Source of the DNA: the human T2T-CHM13v2.0 reference genome, Homo sapiens
Assembly: GCF_009914755.1 (NCBI RefSeq)
Contig: NC_060927.1
Strand: one strand, 5' to 3'
DNA length: 64,000 nt
Shown here: piece by piece, positions 1-16,290 of the stretch
How the letters are laid out: each line of letters opens with the position of its first letter
Position numbering within the stretch: the stretch's first letter is position 1
The notes under the pieces: generated by a model
Seen by the model: the letters and a program-made list of their open reading frames with translations, nothing else
Told to the model about the DNA's origin: nothing
Database searches by the model: none
Made by a program: the position numbers and the translations under genes

Positions 1-1920
1 TACCCAGGCATACAGCTAATTAAAGAGGTAAAATATCTCTAGAATGAGAATTATAGAACACTTCTTAAAGTAATTGGAGATGACATGAACAAATGAAAAA
101 AACATTCCATTTTCATGGATTGCTATTCCTATCAAACTACCAATGATGTTCTTCACAAAACTAAAATCAACAACAGCAACAAAAAAAAAAAACTACTGTA
201 GAATTCATATGGAACCAAAAAAGGGCCTGAACAGCCAAGGAAATCTTAAGAAAAAAGAACAATCCTGAAGGCATCTCATTACCCAACTTCAAGCTATACT
301 ACAAGGCTATGGTAACCAACAGAGCATAGTGCAGGTACAAAAGCAGACACACAGACCAATGTAACAGAAGAGAGATCTCAGAAATAATGCTGCACACCTA
401 CAACCAATTGATCTTTGCCAAAACTGACAAAATTTGCAACAGCAAATGAAGTCCCTATTCAATAAATCTACAAAATTCAACTCAAGATGGATTAAAGACT
501 GAAATATAAAACCTAAAAACCTTTAAAAACTCTGGAAGGTAATACTATTCTGGACATAAGACCTGGCAAAGATTTCATGATGAAGATGCCAAAAGAAATT
601 GCAACAAAAACAAATATTGACAAATAGAGCTAAAGAGCTCTGCAGAGCAAAAGGAACTATCAACAGAGTAAACAGACAACCTACAGAATTAGAGAAAGTA
701 TTTGTAAAGTATACATCTGAAAAATGTCTAATATATAGCATCTACAAGGAACTTAAATTTACAATCAAAAACAAACAACCTCATTAAAAAGTGGGCAAAG
801 TACAAAAACAGATACTTTTAGAAAGAAGACATACATGTGGTCAAAAAGCATATGAAAAATGTTTAGCATCAGTAATCATTAGAGAAATGCAAATTAAAAC
901 CACAATGAAATGCAAGTCAGATAGGCTATGATTAAAATGTTAAAGAATGGCTGGGCATGGTGGCTTATGCCTGTAATCTCAGCACTTTGGGAGGCCTAGG
1001 CAGTTGGATCATGAGGTCAGGAGATCAAGACCATCCTATCCAACATGGTGAAACCCTATCTCTACTAAAATACAAAAATTTAGCTGGGCATGGTGGCACG
1101 CACTTGTAGTCCCAGCTACTTGGAGGCTGAGGCAGAGCAATTGCTTAAACCCAGGAGGCAGAGGTTGCAGTGAGCCAAGATAACGCCACTGAACTCCAGC
1201 CTGGTGACAGAGCGAAATAAATAAATAAATAATAATAAATAAATGTTAAAGAATAACAGATGCTGGTAAGGTTGTAGAATAAAGGGAAGGCTTATACACT
1301 GCTGGTGGGAATGTAAATTAATTCAGCCATTGTGGAAAGCAGTTTTGTGATTTCTCAAAGAACTTAAAACAGAATTACCATTTGACCCAGCAATTTCATT
1401 ATTGGATACAGACCCAAAGGAATACAAATCATTCTACCATGAAGACATATGAACATGTATGTTCATCATAGCACTATTCACAATAGCAAAGACATGAAAT
1501 CAATCTAAATGTCCATCAATGGTAGACTGGCTTAAAACAATTGTAGTACATATACACAATGAAATACTATACAGCCATAAAAAATAATGAGGTCATGTTC
1601 TTTGCAGCAACATGGATGAAGCTGGAGGCCATTATCCTAAGAAAACTAACAAAGGAACAAAAAACCAAATACTGCATGTTCTCATTTATAAGTAGGAGAT
1701 AAACTTTGAGTACATATGGACACAAAGAAGGGAACAACAGACACTAGATTCTACTGTAGGGTAGAAGGTTGGAGGAGGAAGACGATATAAAAACTACCTA
1801 TCAGGTACTATACTTATTACCTGAGTGACAAAATAATCTTTACACTAAACCCCTGATACATGCAATTTACCTATATAACAAACCTTTCACATGTAATCCT
1901 AAATCAAATTTTAAAAAATA
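1..1920 (+). mobile_element. LINE-1 3' part (degenerate ORF2 end plus 3' UTR), L1PA15/16-like, interrupted by an Alu
   Basis: L1 ORF2-like text (ORF 599-787 '[13 protein letters not shown]'); 3' UTR 'aactacctatcaggtactatacttattacctgagtgacaaaataatc...' ends in an A-rich tail near 1915; runs off the window start. Confidence 0.9.
949..1240 (+). mobile_element. Alu (AluSc-like) with (TAAA)n tail
   Basis: Dimeric Alu 'ggctgggcatggtggc...cagcctggtgacagagcg' with diagnostic 'ggatcatgaggtcaggagatc'; 14-bp TSD aaatgttaaagaat at 935-948 and 1241-1254. Confidence 0.95.
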
Positions 1921-2034
1921 AGACATCCAGTGTCAAAATATTTAAATAATGATTCTGATGTTTATGATATACATGACCTTAAACAAATTAACTATATCTA
2001 TGCATAAGAATCATTATCCACATAAGGGAAGTTA

Positions 2035-2115
2035 ATTATATATATATATAAACTTATATATATATATAATTAACATATATAAGTAATTTATATTTAAAAT
2101 TTATATAATATATAT
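2035..2115. repeat. (TA)n-rich low-complexity/microsatellite
   Basis: Runs of tatatata visible directly. Confidence 0.85.
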
Positions 2116-2744
2116 CTTACCAGTCACTAAAAAAACTAAATACAAAAATGCAAAATATGTTATCCATTCAAATAATGCTTGACATATAATGTCTCCGTTG
2201 AATATCAGTTGTTGTTGTATAATTAGAGAGATAATTATGCCAGGGAACTTTTAAATAAATTATTGAAAACTGTGTGACTGGGATAAATTACAGTTTAACT
2301 TGTCTTAGTGTATTTGCAACATCTAATTTATAGCACCTCTTCAGCACCAAGAATAGGCCTAAGAGTTTGTATCTGAGCCTGCTTTGATTTTTTTGGGAAA
2401 GAAATTGTTCAAAAGAAAGTAAGAAATCAGTGCTAGAAGGTAATAATCATAATGATCAGCTGGACTAGTAATCAATAGCTGCTGGGGTGTTGAATTGAAA
2501 TGCCATTGTAATTGACTAGGTAACCTGAGTAACACAGGCTGCATAGCAAAGGAGAAGTATATTAGTACATTAGTCATCATCCTGTTAGAAACACAAAAAT
2601 CATACTGGTACTTCAACAGAGAGAATTCAATAAAATAATTAAACAGGTGGTAAAGAAATAAAAAAGTAGAAAAGGAACACTGAGTTAACACAAAGATAGT
2701 AACCTCAGGAGGTAACTCCAACCTCAATGGCTTGGGGAACAAAG

Positions 2745-3429
2745 TGTAACCACCCAATGGGTTCACCTTGCCTGCTGCCTAGACAGAGCCAATTTATCAA
2801 GACCCGGGAATTGCAATAGAGAAAGAGTAATTCATGCAGAGCCAGCTGTAAGGAAGACTGGAGTTTTATTATTAACCAAATCAGTCTCCTTGAGCATTCA
2901 GGATCAGAGTTTGTAAGGACAACTTGGTGGGGGAAGGGAAGCCAGTGAGCTGGGGGTGCTGATTGGTCAGGTCAGAGATGAAATCATAAGGAGTCAAAGC
3001 TGTCTTATTGTGCTGAGTTCCTGGGTTGGGGCCATAAAAATATCAGATGAGCCAGTTTATTGATCTGGGTGGTGCCAGCTGATCCATCAAGTGCAGGGTC
3101 TGCAAAATATCTCAAGTGCTGACCTTAGGAGTAGTTTAGGGAGGGTCAGAATCTTGTAGCCTCCAGCTGCATGACCCGTAAACCATAATTTCTAATCTTG
3201 TGACTAGTTTGTTAGTCCTACAAAGTCAGTCTAGTCTCCAGGCAAGAAGGAGATTTGCCTTGGGAAAGACCTGTTTTCATCTTTGTTTTAAACTATAAGT
3301 TCCTCTTAAAGTTAGTTAAACCTATGCCCAGGAATGTACAAGGACAGCTTAGAGGTTAAAAGAAAGATGGAGTTGGTTAGGTCAGATCTCTTTCACTGTC
3401 TCAGTTACAATTTTGCAATGGCGGTTTCA
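2745..3429 (-). mobile_element. LTR8 solo LTR (ERV1)
   Basis: TG...CA termini; reverse complement begins tgaaaccgccattgcaaaattgtaactgagacagtgaaagagatctgacctaacc as in LTR8; 4-bp TSD aaag (2741-2744, 3430-3433). Confidence 0.9.
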
Positions 3430-3849
3430 AAAGGAGAAAGTATTAGAATGTCAAGTTTTTGAGAAGAGACCTGGAAGAGTTGGAATTCAGACCTTAGCAA
3501 AGGGATCCTTTGCTAGAGAATGCTGGTTCCTTAAGGATCTTTGAGGAGAGGCCCACATTGCTGAAACTCAGAATTCTGAGAAGGAAGCAGCATCCAGCTG
3601 TTACTTGTCCTCAGGAACTCAAAGGAGGGGTGTCTTGAAGCTAAGTCCTGAACATCATAAATGGTTCAGGTAAATCTGAGAAAGCATAATGAAGTTGGTC
3701 CTCAGAGACCAAGAGCAAAGACACAACTAAAGACTAGTACCAACTGCCACTGCAAAGGCGAAGTTTGATTGCTGTAGTCAGGTGGACTGCAGTGCAAATA
3801 AACAAGAAAAGCAAGACCCTTGTCTCTGCCTTGTAGTATCTCTCTAGTG

Positions 3850-4299
3850 CAGAGAGTGGCAAACTGCAGCCCATGGACCAAATGTGGCCTGTCTTGTGTT
3901 TTTGGAGAAGCTGTGAATTAAGAATTGATGTACACCTATAGTCCCAGCTACACGAGAGGTTGAAGTGGGAAGATCGTTGGAGGACAGGAGTTCAAGATCA
4001 GCCTGGGAAACATAGCAAGAATCTGTCTTGCTTTTTAAAAAAGAAAGAACAAAAGAAATAGAGAAAAGAGAATACTATTTCATGACAGGTAAAGGTTATA
4101 TATAATTCAAATTTCAGTGACCATAACTAAATTTTTACTGTAACACATCCATGGTCATTTATTTGCTTATTATCTATGGGTGCTATCATGCTGCAAAGCT
4201 ACAGCTGAATAACTGCGACATGGCCCAGAAGCCCACAAAACCAAAACAAAAAATGTATTACCATCCATCCCTTAAAAAAAAAAAGTGTGTCAACCCCTG
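3850..4299 (+). mobile_element. MER58B-like hAT-Charlie non-autonomous DNA transposon
   Basis: Terminal inverted repeats cagagagtggcaaac / gtgtgtcaacccctg; perfect 8-bp TSD ctctagtg at 3842-3849 and 4300-4307. Confidence 0.85.
3930..4060 (+). mobile_element. FLAM/monomeric Alu fragment inside MER58B
   Basis: cctatagtcccagctac...ggagttcaagatcagcctgggaaacatagcaaga followed by an A-rich tail. Confidence 0.8.
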
Positions 4300-4443
4300 C
4301 TCTAGTGCTCCCTTTTGGCAAAGGAGAAGCACTGTTTGCAGAACTCTAGATCCAGTACCATGAAGAGCATACAGCAGAGCAGCTTTGAGGCTGAGAAACA
4401 ACAGTTCTATAGATGCTGGGTTTGAAAATAAGTGAGTTTTTCT

Positions 4444-4894
4444 TTTTTTTAATTTTTTTTTAAAATTATACTTTAAGTTCTAGGGTACATGTGCACAACG
4501 TGCAGGTCTGTTACGTATGTATACATGTGCCATGTTGGTGTGCTGCACCCATTAACTCATCATTTACATTAGGTATATCTCCTAATGCTATCCCTCCCCC
4601 CTCTCCCCACCCCATGACAGGCCCCTGTGTGTGATGTTCCCCTTCTTGTGTCCAAGTGTTCTCATTGTTCAATTCCCACCTATGAGTGAGAACTTGGAAC
4701 CAACCCAAATGTCCATCAATGATAGACTGGATTAAGAAAATGTGGCACATATACACCATGGAATACTATGCAGCCATAAAAATGGATGAGTTCATGTCCA
4801 TTGTAGGGACATGGATGAAGCTGGAAACCATTATTCTCAGCAAACTATCACAAGGACAAAAAACCAAACACTGAATGTTCTCACTCATAAGTGG
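4444..4894 (-). mobile_element. Short 5'-inverted L1PA (PA4-6-like) insertion
   Basis: 4444-4693 is the L1 3' end on the minus strand with poly(T); 4694-4897 is the adjacent upstream L1 segment on the plus strand; 20-bp TSD gaaaataagtgagtttttct at 4424-4443 and 4895-4914. Confidence 0.93.
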
Positions 4895-5509
4895 GAAAAT
4901 AAGTGAGTTTTTCTAACGAGTGTTAGAATGTGTGGCTATGTGCCAAAAGACCCTGATGCTCTGATTTCAGCCCATCTCTCTTTGTCCATCCAAGTCTCCT
5001 TGGTGATATTTTCTAGGGTGTAATAACTTGTGTAGCCCGTCCTTCTCTTTTCTTGTCCCCATTATCTCATTCTGTTGTTTTTCCTCCTCACACTCAAAGA
5101 TTTTTAAATCCTGCATACCGTGCAAACTCTGAAATTGCTTAAGTAACACTGTTTCTGAACAGAAGTCAAAATAGATTTTGCTCAAATAGCCAAGTATCTG
5201 AGAAAATATTGTTATTTACACCGAGATTATATTGCTTTCCACAGATATGACTCTAGGTGGTTCAGTGGAAATAGGTTCACCATTGTAAAATGCCATAATT
5301 GATCGCTGATGGACATGATGGACATGATGGGCCTCATTTATGATATTGAGAGTGTGGGAGTCTTCTGTTTACTGTCTTGTTTCCACTTTAAATTATCTAT
5401 GCTTATATGAATAAGACACTGAAGTAAAGAAATCTTGAGATAATTTCTAAATTTTATTTTAGTTAACTTTTTCCCTCTAGCTGAGCTCTGTAAGAACAAC
5501 TAAAAACTA

Positions 5510-5854
5510 TAGTCATGCACCACATAATGATATTTTGATCAATGACCAACTGTGTATATGATGGTGGTCTCATGCAATTATAATGCCCTATTTTTACTGT
5601 ACTCTTTTCTACTATATGTTTAGACATGTTTAAAATATAAATACTTACCACTGCTTACAATCTTCTTTAGTACAGTAACATGCTGTACAGGTTTGTAGCC
5701 TAGGAGCAATAGGCTATACCATATAGCCAAGGTATGTATTAGGCTATACCAGCTAAGTTTGTGTAAGTATGCTCTATAATGCTCACACAATAACAGAAAC
5801 TCCTAAGGACATCTTTATCAGAATGTATTGCCATCATTTATCTACACATGATTG
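5510..5854 (+). mobile_element. Tigger3a/MER7A-like TcMar MITE
   Basis: TIRs tagtcatgcac... / ...acacatgattg flanked by TA; internal 'gcctaggagcaataggctataccatatagcc'. Confidence 0.85.
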
Positions 5855-6333
5855 TACTGAAAATACATTTTGAATTTATTTCTCAGCTTCTCTGAAATCT
5901 GAAGCATTTATTAAGAAACAATAAAATAAATATAAAGGCTTTAAAGAACCAGAACTAGTGAGTTATGAGAAAGAGTGTGCCTTTCTTCTGGGGAGCTTTT
6001 GAGGGTCAGTATAAATGCATGAGGCCAGGGGTACAAATCACTTCTGGCAATAAGAGGAAAGGGCTTGGGTTAGTTTTAAGTGTACATTAGCAAAAATAAA
6101 AAGAAATTGTTCTGTTTTAAAATAACTTGAAATTTAGCTGAGAAAAGAGACTATAGAAAAAGTAAATATGAGACTTATAAATTAACATAGAAATATATAA
6201 AACCAAAATTATCCAAATCCTGACGGTTTGGGATGCTAAGACTGTATGAAAAAGCTAATGATGGTTAGTTTCAATACTTAAAAAATAACAAAGCAATGGT
6301 GCTCTTAATTTAATTAACTTGAATTATAGCTGT

Positions 6334-6425
6334 TTATATATATGTATATATGTGTGTGTATATATATCTGTGCACATTTATATACACATATTTATATACA
6401 TTTATCTGTACACATTTATATACAT
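6334..6425. repeat. TA/TG/CA low-complexity repeat
   Basis: tatatatatgtatatatgtgtgtg...cacatttatataca units. Confidence 0.75.
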
Positions 6426-7447
6426 TTTGGCAAGATGTTGAATTAATAATATGTTGCATTTATTTTTCATACCCAGTTTAGTCCTTTGAAAATTCTTAGA
6501 GGCTCAGCAAAGAATATAGTGACAGATCTAATAAAGTAATGTGCCCAATATCTTTCTTTTAATGTATCTATGCTGGAGCATTCAAATAGGAGTTTACTCT
6601 TGAAAGAGACAGGTCTTTCTTGAACTCTTACCAAGCAAACCTGAGAACATATTGATGTTCTGTGTTAGTCCAGTGGCTATTAAGTGAGAAAGTAGACTTA
6701 AATCAGTCCTTCAGATATTCAGATCTTATGCCATTCAAAGGACTAATATTTAAAGGTCAGAACTGTAAAGAAGGAGGATACACTGATTTGAAATCTAGTG
6801 TAGAATTCAGGGGAAAACTTTTGGCTTCTGGTTTATCTTTTTGTTTCCATGAAATTCACAAGTGTTGTGTGTTAAAGACATCAATAATATATGCCACTTC
6901 TATCCATAATGAAGTACTTAATATCAGAAAAGATAATTTTATTTATAGAAATAAACTGTACTATACAATGTAAATATTAAACATATTCATAGTTTTGCTA
7001 ACATTATGGTTATTTCATAACATTTCTCTTCAGTTGAACTTCTTTTATCTAGTAAAATTATTTGAAAAATGTAACCAGAAATGTATGTGGTAAACATTAA
7101 TTTGTAAAAGGTATATTTAGAATTAATATGTACTATCTTAATGCTATATAAATGTATTTTCTTAACATTTATTTGATTGTTTGTTGTTTCCTCTCCTTGG
7201 AAGATGGGTCTCCTGCAACTGATATTAACCACTCCAAAAAGAACAGGGTGTTAAGATTATTTATGTAATAGGTAAAACAATTTCAACTTAAGCATTTTTA
7301 GAATCTGGAAAATAATTTAAATCTCTTTTAATTTGATTTATTGTGCTGTTTTTCTTTTGCAGTTTGCACTGTAAATTTAGTGGGATAAGGAGACTTAAAA
7401 CCTTCTTCTCCTGGGAAGATCGGTCTATTGCGGGTCAAGTGAAGTTT

Positions 7448-7758
7448 CTTTATTTTTTTTCTTTTGGAGACAGTCTCACTCTGTCACCCAGGATGGAGTG
7501 CAGTGGCATCATCTCGGCTCAATGCAACCTCCGCCTCCCGGATTCAAGTGATTCTCATGACTCTGTCTCCCAAGTAGCTGGAATTACAGACCTGTGCCAA
7601 CAAGCTCAGCTAATTTTTAATTTTTTTTTTTTTTTTTTACTGGAGAGGTGGTTTCACTATGTTGGCCAAGCTGGTATCAAACTACTGGCCTCAAGTGAGT
7701 CGCCTGCCTCGACCTCTCAAAGTGCTGGGGTTACAGGCCTGAGGCAGGGTGCCTGGCC
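7448..7758 (-). mobile_element. Alu (AluJb/old AluS-like)
   Basis: Poly(T) then gagacagtctcactctgtcacccagg...gcctggcc; accounts for the Alu-derived text in ORF 7343-7834. Confidence 0.93.
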
Positions 7759-10606
7759 AAAAGGGAGAAGCAACCACGAAGGGATGAATTTTTCCTTCTG
7801 TTTTCTTCTTGCCATTTTGAGTGGCAAACTCTAGCTTCTCTAGAGAATGAATGCATTATACGAGGAATACTGGTCTGTGACCTCAATGCCTGGTTAAGTA
7901 AGTCAACAGTCGATGCTTTAAAAAATTGGTTGAATTCATGTAGAGAAAATGTAGATTTAAGGTTAACTTGTGAGCTCAGTGAGTGAAAGAAGACTAGGCC
8001 ATTGAGTTTTGTTTCAGACTGGAACATATTTCTGACTTTGTCTAAAACAATAAAACAAAATCCTTAATCTCAGATCATTAAGAGAATACATTGAGGCTAA
8101 GCCCAAAAGTTGTGACTAACAATGTAATTGTAGTTCTCCCCACTCCACGGATCTATCACATATGCAGCACCAAGTATAGTAAGCAATTTATAACAATTCA
8201 AGTGTGCTGAGTTAGCCATATCTTTCTATCTGCTTTCACAAGATGTAGGACTGATGTTAGTCACATTATTGAATATTTGACATTTGACAACTCAGTGCAC
8301 TGGCCAGTGCAGGATAGAAGATGAAGAATAATCAATTTCTGCATCAAATAGTTATTTTATAAATGTCTGTTGTATATCCAACACTTTTCTACATTTAACT
8401 AAATAATTGTAAAATAGAAACAGAAAAAATAAACCATATTCTCTGTAAGAAAAAAATGTTGTAAAGGTTTAAGGAACTATATTAGCTAGTGTTTTTTAGT
8501 ATAAGTTTTACAAATAGATATAATTGTGAGTTATTCAGAGTGTGAAATTTTTCTCAAAGAAACAAAGTAGGATTACTAAATTAAATGATTTCCAAATATT
8601 CATTTTGTTCCTTATAGACTCTGTATATGGTATTTTTGTTTTAACATATCACATTTTGTACTGCAATGTTTTAACAAGACTCAAATATAACTTGAAAGCT
8701 CATAAAAGTCACATGTTCAAAAAAGCACTGCAAACTTCATATAAGCAATTTAATTAGCATATAATTTTCTTTTAAGAAGAAAGTACATATTATATTTCTC
8801 TTACAGTACATATTATATTACTCTTCAGGGAATATACCAGATCATGCTGTTTATAGTAATTATGTATTCAAAATTGACTGCTTCTCCAGCACAAAGAGAG
8901 TAACATTCATTTTTTCTATTCTGAGGACCTACCATATATCTGAGAGAGAAAACATTTAATAATTTATGCTAAATAAATGAATTCATAAATGAGTAAATGA
9001 AAGTAGAGATAAATGAATATGTAAATCAGAAAAAAATATGTAACAGCATTTGGAACTCTTATTGAAATCTCTAAAGATATTTTATTAATCTGTGTGCTCT
9101 GATCTTGTTACCCCAAACAATCTAGGGATATAAGAATACACACACATTTATGTATGTGTGTATGTGTGTATGTATGTATGTACATATAAGTTTGGAGGTT
9201 GATATCTATGTATGAAGGTTAAAAAGTTGTTGTGACTCTAATCTGCAATTTTGTGAGAAAGTTAATGAAATTTTAACAAGGGTTATTTCTGAATAGTTTA
9301 CGTAACTAGGCTTATAATTTTTTTAATTTAAACTACCTGAGAAGGTATCATTTCTAGTTTGGTACTAAAAACTGATAATAATCAGAATCAGAAAGTCTAC
9401 TCCTAACTTGTGAAATACTTATCCATATGAAATTAAGCTGCTATTAAGAATTTGAAGCCATGTATAAACTAAAAGCAGGACCCCATGCATGATATTTTTG
9501 CTCTTTGCTTTTTATAATAAGGCATCTTTAAGTTTTTAAATTGTTACTTTTAGTGTGGTTCATATCTATGCTTCATCTTAGTTTGTAGTCCAACTCAATT
9601 ATAAAATAGCTTTTTAGGGAAATGTGGGTTTGAATACTCTTAAATCCATGAGATTAGTGTACTAAAATAAATAATGAACAATTATATTTCAAGATTTTAA
9701 GGAATCCTAATAAAGCTTCCTTGCAATGTTGCTCTTTTTGATTCAAAGTGTAATGCTGATTCAATAGCAACTGATTTAGGTGCCTTAGGGCTTTTTCCAT
9801 GAAGAATGAATGAACAATTTTAGCACTTTCTTTTCTTGTTTCTCCAAATTCTCAGTACTGATTTTGAGGGTCATGGGGTGAGGCCCATCTGTTTAATCAG
9901 GTTTCTGCCTGATGATGCAGGTAGACTGGGAAGTTGAAACTCAACCATGCTTTCCTTTAAGTATGGTAATTAGCCTCTTATATCTGCGCCGAGTGTAAGT
10001 AATGAGCACATTTAAAAATGCAATCATAGCAGAATGTAAGTTTTGCATGCTTAAACTCTTTCAAAATTCCCATGGGTTGAGTGTCTTCCTTCAGCCAAAT
10101 TGTATAAGGTTGGTTTAAAACTGCTCTAATATATCACTCAAGGATGTAGACCAATTTATCCACTTAGATGTCAAGAGCTCTACTCAAGTAGGATAGAGTC
10201 ATTGTCATAAGTCTAATTTTTTTTATTTTTCTTCCCAATTTTTCAGAGTAAGTATGGACATTGTTTCCCCTTCAGAAAAAGACTTAGGTGATATTTCATT
10301 TGTTGACTAATTTTTTTTCTTCTTATGACTATATGTAACATACAGGCATAGCTATATAAATTTTGCCACAGGCATTCTTTTTAGGCAACAACTCAGTAAT
10401 ATACATATGAAATGCCAGAGGATTGCATTTAGGCATGTGGGAGAAGAAAATAAGGAGGACTTTTGCAATAAAATCTTAACAGTATGAAATTTTAAGGAAT
10501 TCAAGCACAAAATAAAATAAAGTTAGGTTCATGACCAATCCCAAAATCGAGGTGGCTGAAATAGACTTAATGAAAGTAGGGTAGTGTTAGATTCCACTAG
10601 ACCTGT

Positions 10607-10811
10607 CTGTGCTGTCCAATAACGTAGATCACCACACATCAATGTTTCAATTTATATTAGTTAAATTAAACTAAATAAAAATGCAATTCCTCAATTACAC
10701 TAGCCAAGATTTCACATGCTCAATAACCACATGTGCCTAGTGGTTAAGATATTGGACAGCACAGGCATAGAACATTTTCATCACTGCAGAAAGTTTTATT
10801 GGAATACATTG
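10607..10811 (-). mobile_element. MER3-like hAT-Charlie MITE
   Basis: Internal inverted repeats ctgtgctgtccaata / tattggacagcacag and tail 'agaacattttcatcactgcagaaagttttattgga'. Confidence 0.8.
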
Positions 10812-11479
10812 CTTTACAGTAATGATCCTAAGGGAAATTTATATCACTGTTCGGTTCCAGTGGATCATGAATCCAAAGAGTAGGTACTATCATTTAAATG
10901 AAAATAACAATTCAGTTGGCCTGAAGTTACCCTTAAAGAAAATGTTATTTTTAAATCACTGCTGTCCATTTCAAAGGTACCTCAATATTGGCCAATCTTT
11001 CCCTACATATGTTCTACATTCAGAATCTAGTATTTGTATTAATAATATATTTATAATTATATATAACTCTATTTTATATACTGTATTAAGAGTAAATTTT
11101 ACTGCAATTATAACTATTGGAAACTGTGGAGTCTATGATGTGCATATGATAAATTAATTTTGTTTTTGCATTTGTTTCTTCAAGATCACCAGTTAAGCTT
11201 ATTTAGTATATATTTAGCTATTTCTCATAAACATTTTGCATTATAATTTTATATAATTGATTTTTATCTCATTTTAAAAATTACTAAATAAAGTTAAGTA
11301 TACACCCTTTACAGATGTTTCAGTCATGCTGGTTTAATTTTTCTGGTTGTTTTCTCTCCGCTTTTGACACTGCTTATAATTTTTCTCTCATATATTTCCA
11401 GAATTTGAAAAGTATTCTTCTCACCTTCTTCTATCCTGCATATTATTTACTTTAAACATTTGTATCTTTACTTTGATAG

Positions 11480-12045
11480 CTTTTAATTGTATTATCATTA
11501 AAGGAAATATCAGACATATTCCAAAGTAAAGTGTATAGTGTAATGAACTCTTAATAATCCCTCACTCAGCTTTGACAATTATCAACTTAAACTTTTTTCA
11601 TCTTTACCTCTTTTCACTCCCACCAATTCCTAAGATTATTTCAATATAATTTAAAAACATGATATTGTGTGATTTTATCTATATAACATTCTTGTAAGAA
11701 CAAAACTATAGAGACAGAAAACAGATTAGTGGTAGCCATGGAACAAGGATGACATGAAAGAGTTCTTTTTTGTGGTAATGGAACAGTTCTGTATCTTGAT
11801 TTTTGTGGTGATCACATAAACCGACACCTGGAATAAAGCTGAATAGAACTATACATGCCTATATATACAAAATATAGGGTTAAAATGATGAAAATTGAAT
11901 ACAGTCTATTGTCTGTACACATTTTTTTTTTGGTTTCAATATTACTGGAGCTATAAAACTGTCATCATTGGAAGATGCTGGACACTTTGCACTCTTTCCA
12001 TAATTTCCCATGGGGTGATAATGACTTCAAAATAAAAATATTTTT
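11480..12045. mobile_element. Old L1MC/L1MD 3' UTR fragments (minus then plus orientation)
   Basis: 'gtgtatagtgtaatgaactc...ctcagctttgacaattatcaac' (minus) and 'acaaaactatagagacagaaaacagattagtggtagcc...gttctgtatcttgat' (plus). Confidence 0.6.
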
Positions 12046-12049
12046 TAAT

Positions 12050-16290
<4,241 letters not shown>

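Larger units (their letters stand above)
2566..4415 (-). mobile_element. Old MaLR/ERVL-type LTR (MLT1-like), split by LTR8 and MER58B insertions
   Basis: Begins 'tacattagtc' (like a reverse-complemented MaLR LTR end); sequence is continuous across both nested TSDs (…ggggaac aaag|gagaaag…; …ctctagtg|ctccc…). Confidence 0.5.

Noticed and set aside
7335-7447. Strong splice-acceptor-like tgttttcttttgcag
   Set aside because: No convincing donor or coding continuation; cannot be supported without transcript data
7343-7834. 163-aa ORF, and the similar ORFs at 32141-32362 and 55703-56005
   Set aside because: Typical antisense-Alu translation (LSPRLECSG...); no independent coding signal
10607-10765. 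Inverted repeat ctgtgctgtccaata / tattggacagcacag
   Set aside because: Intrinsic structure of the MER3 MITE
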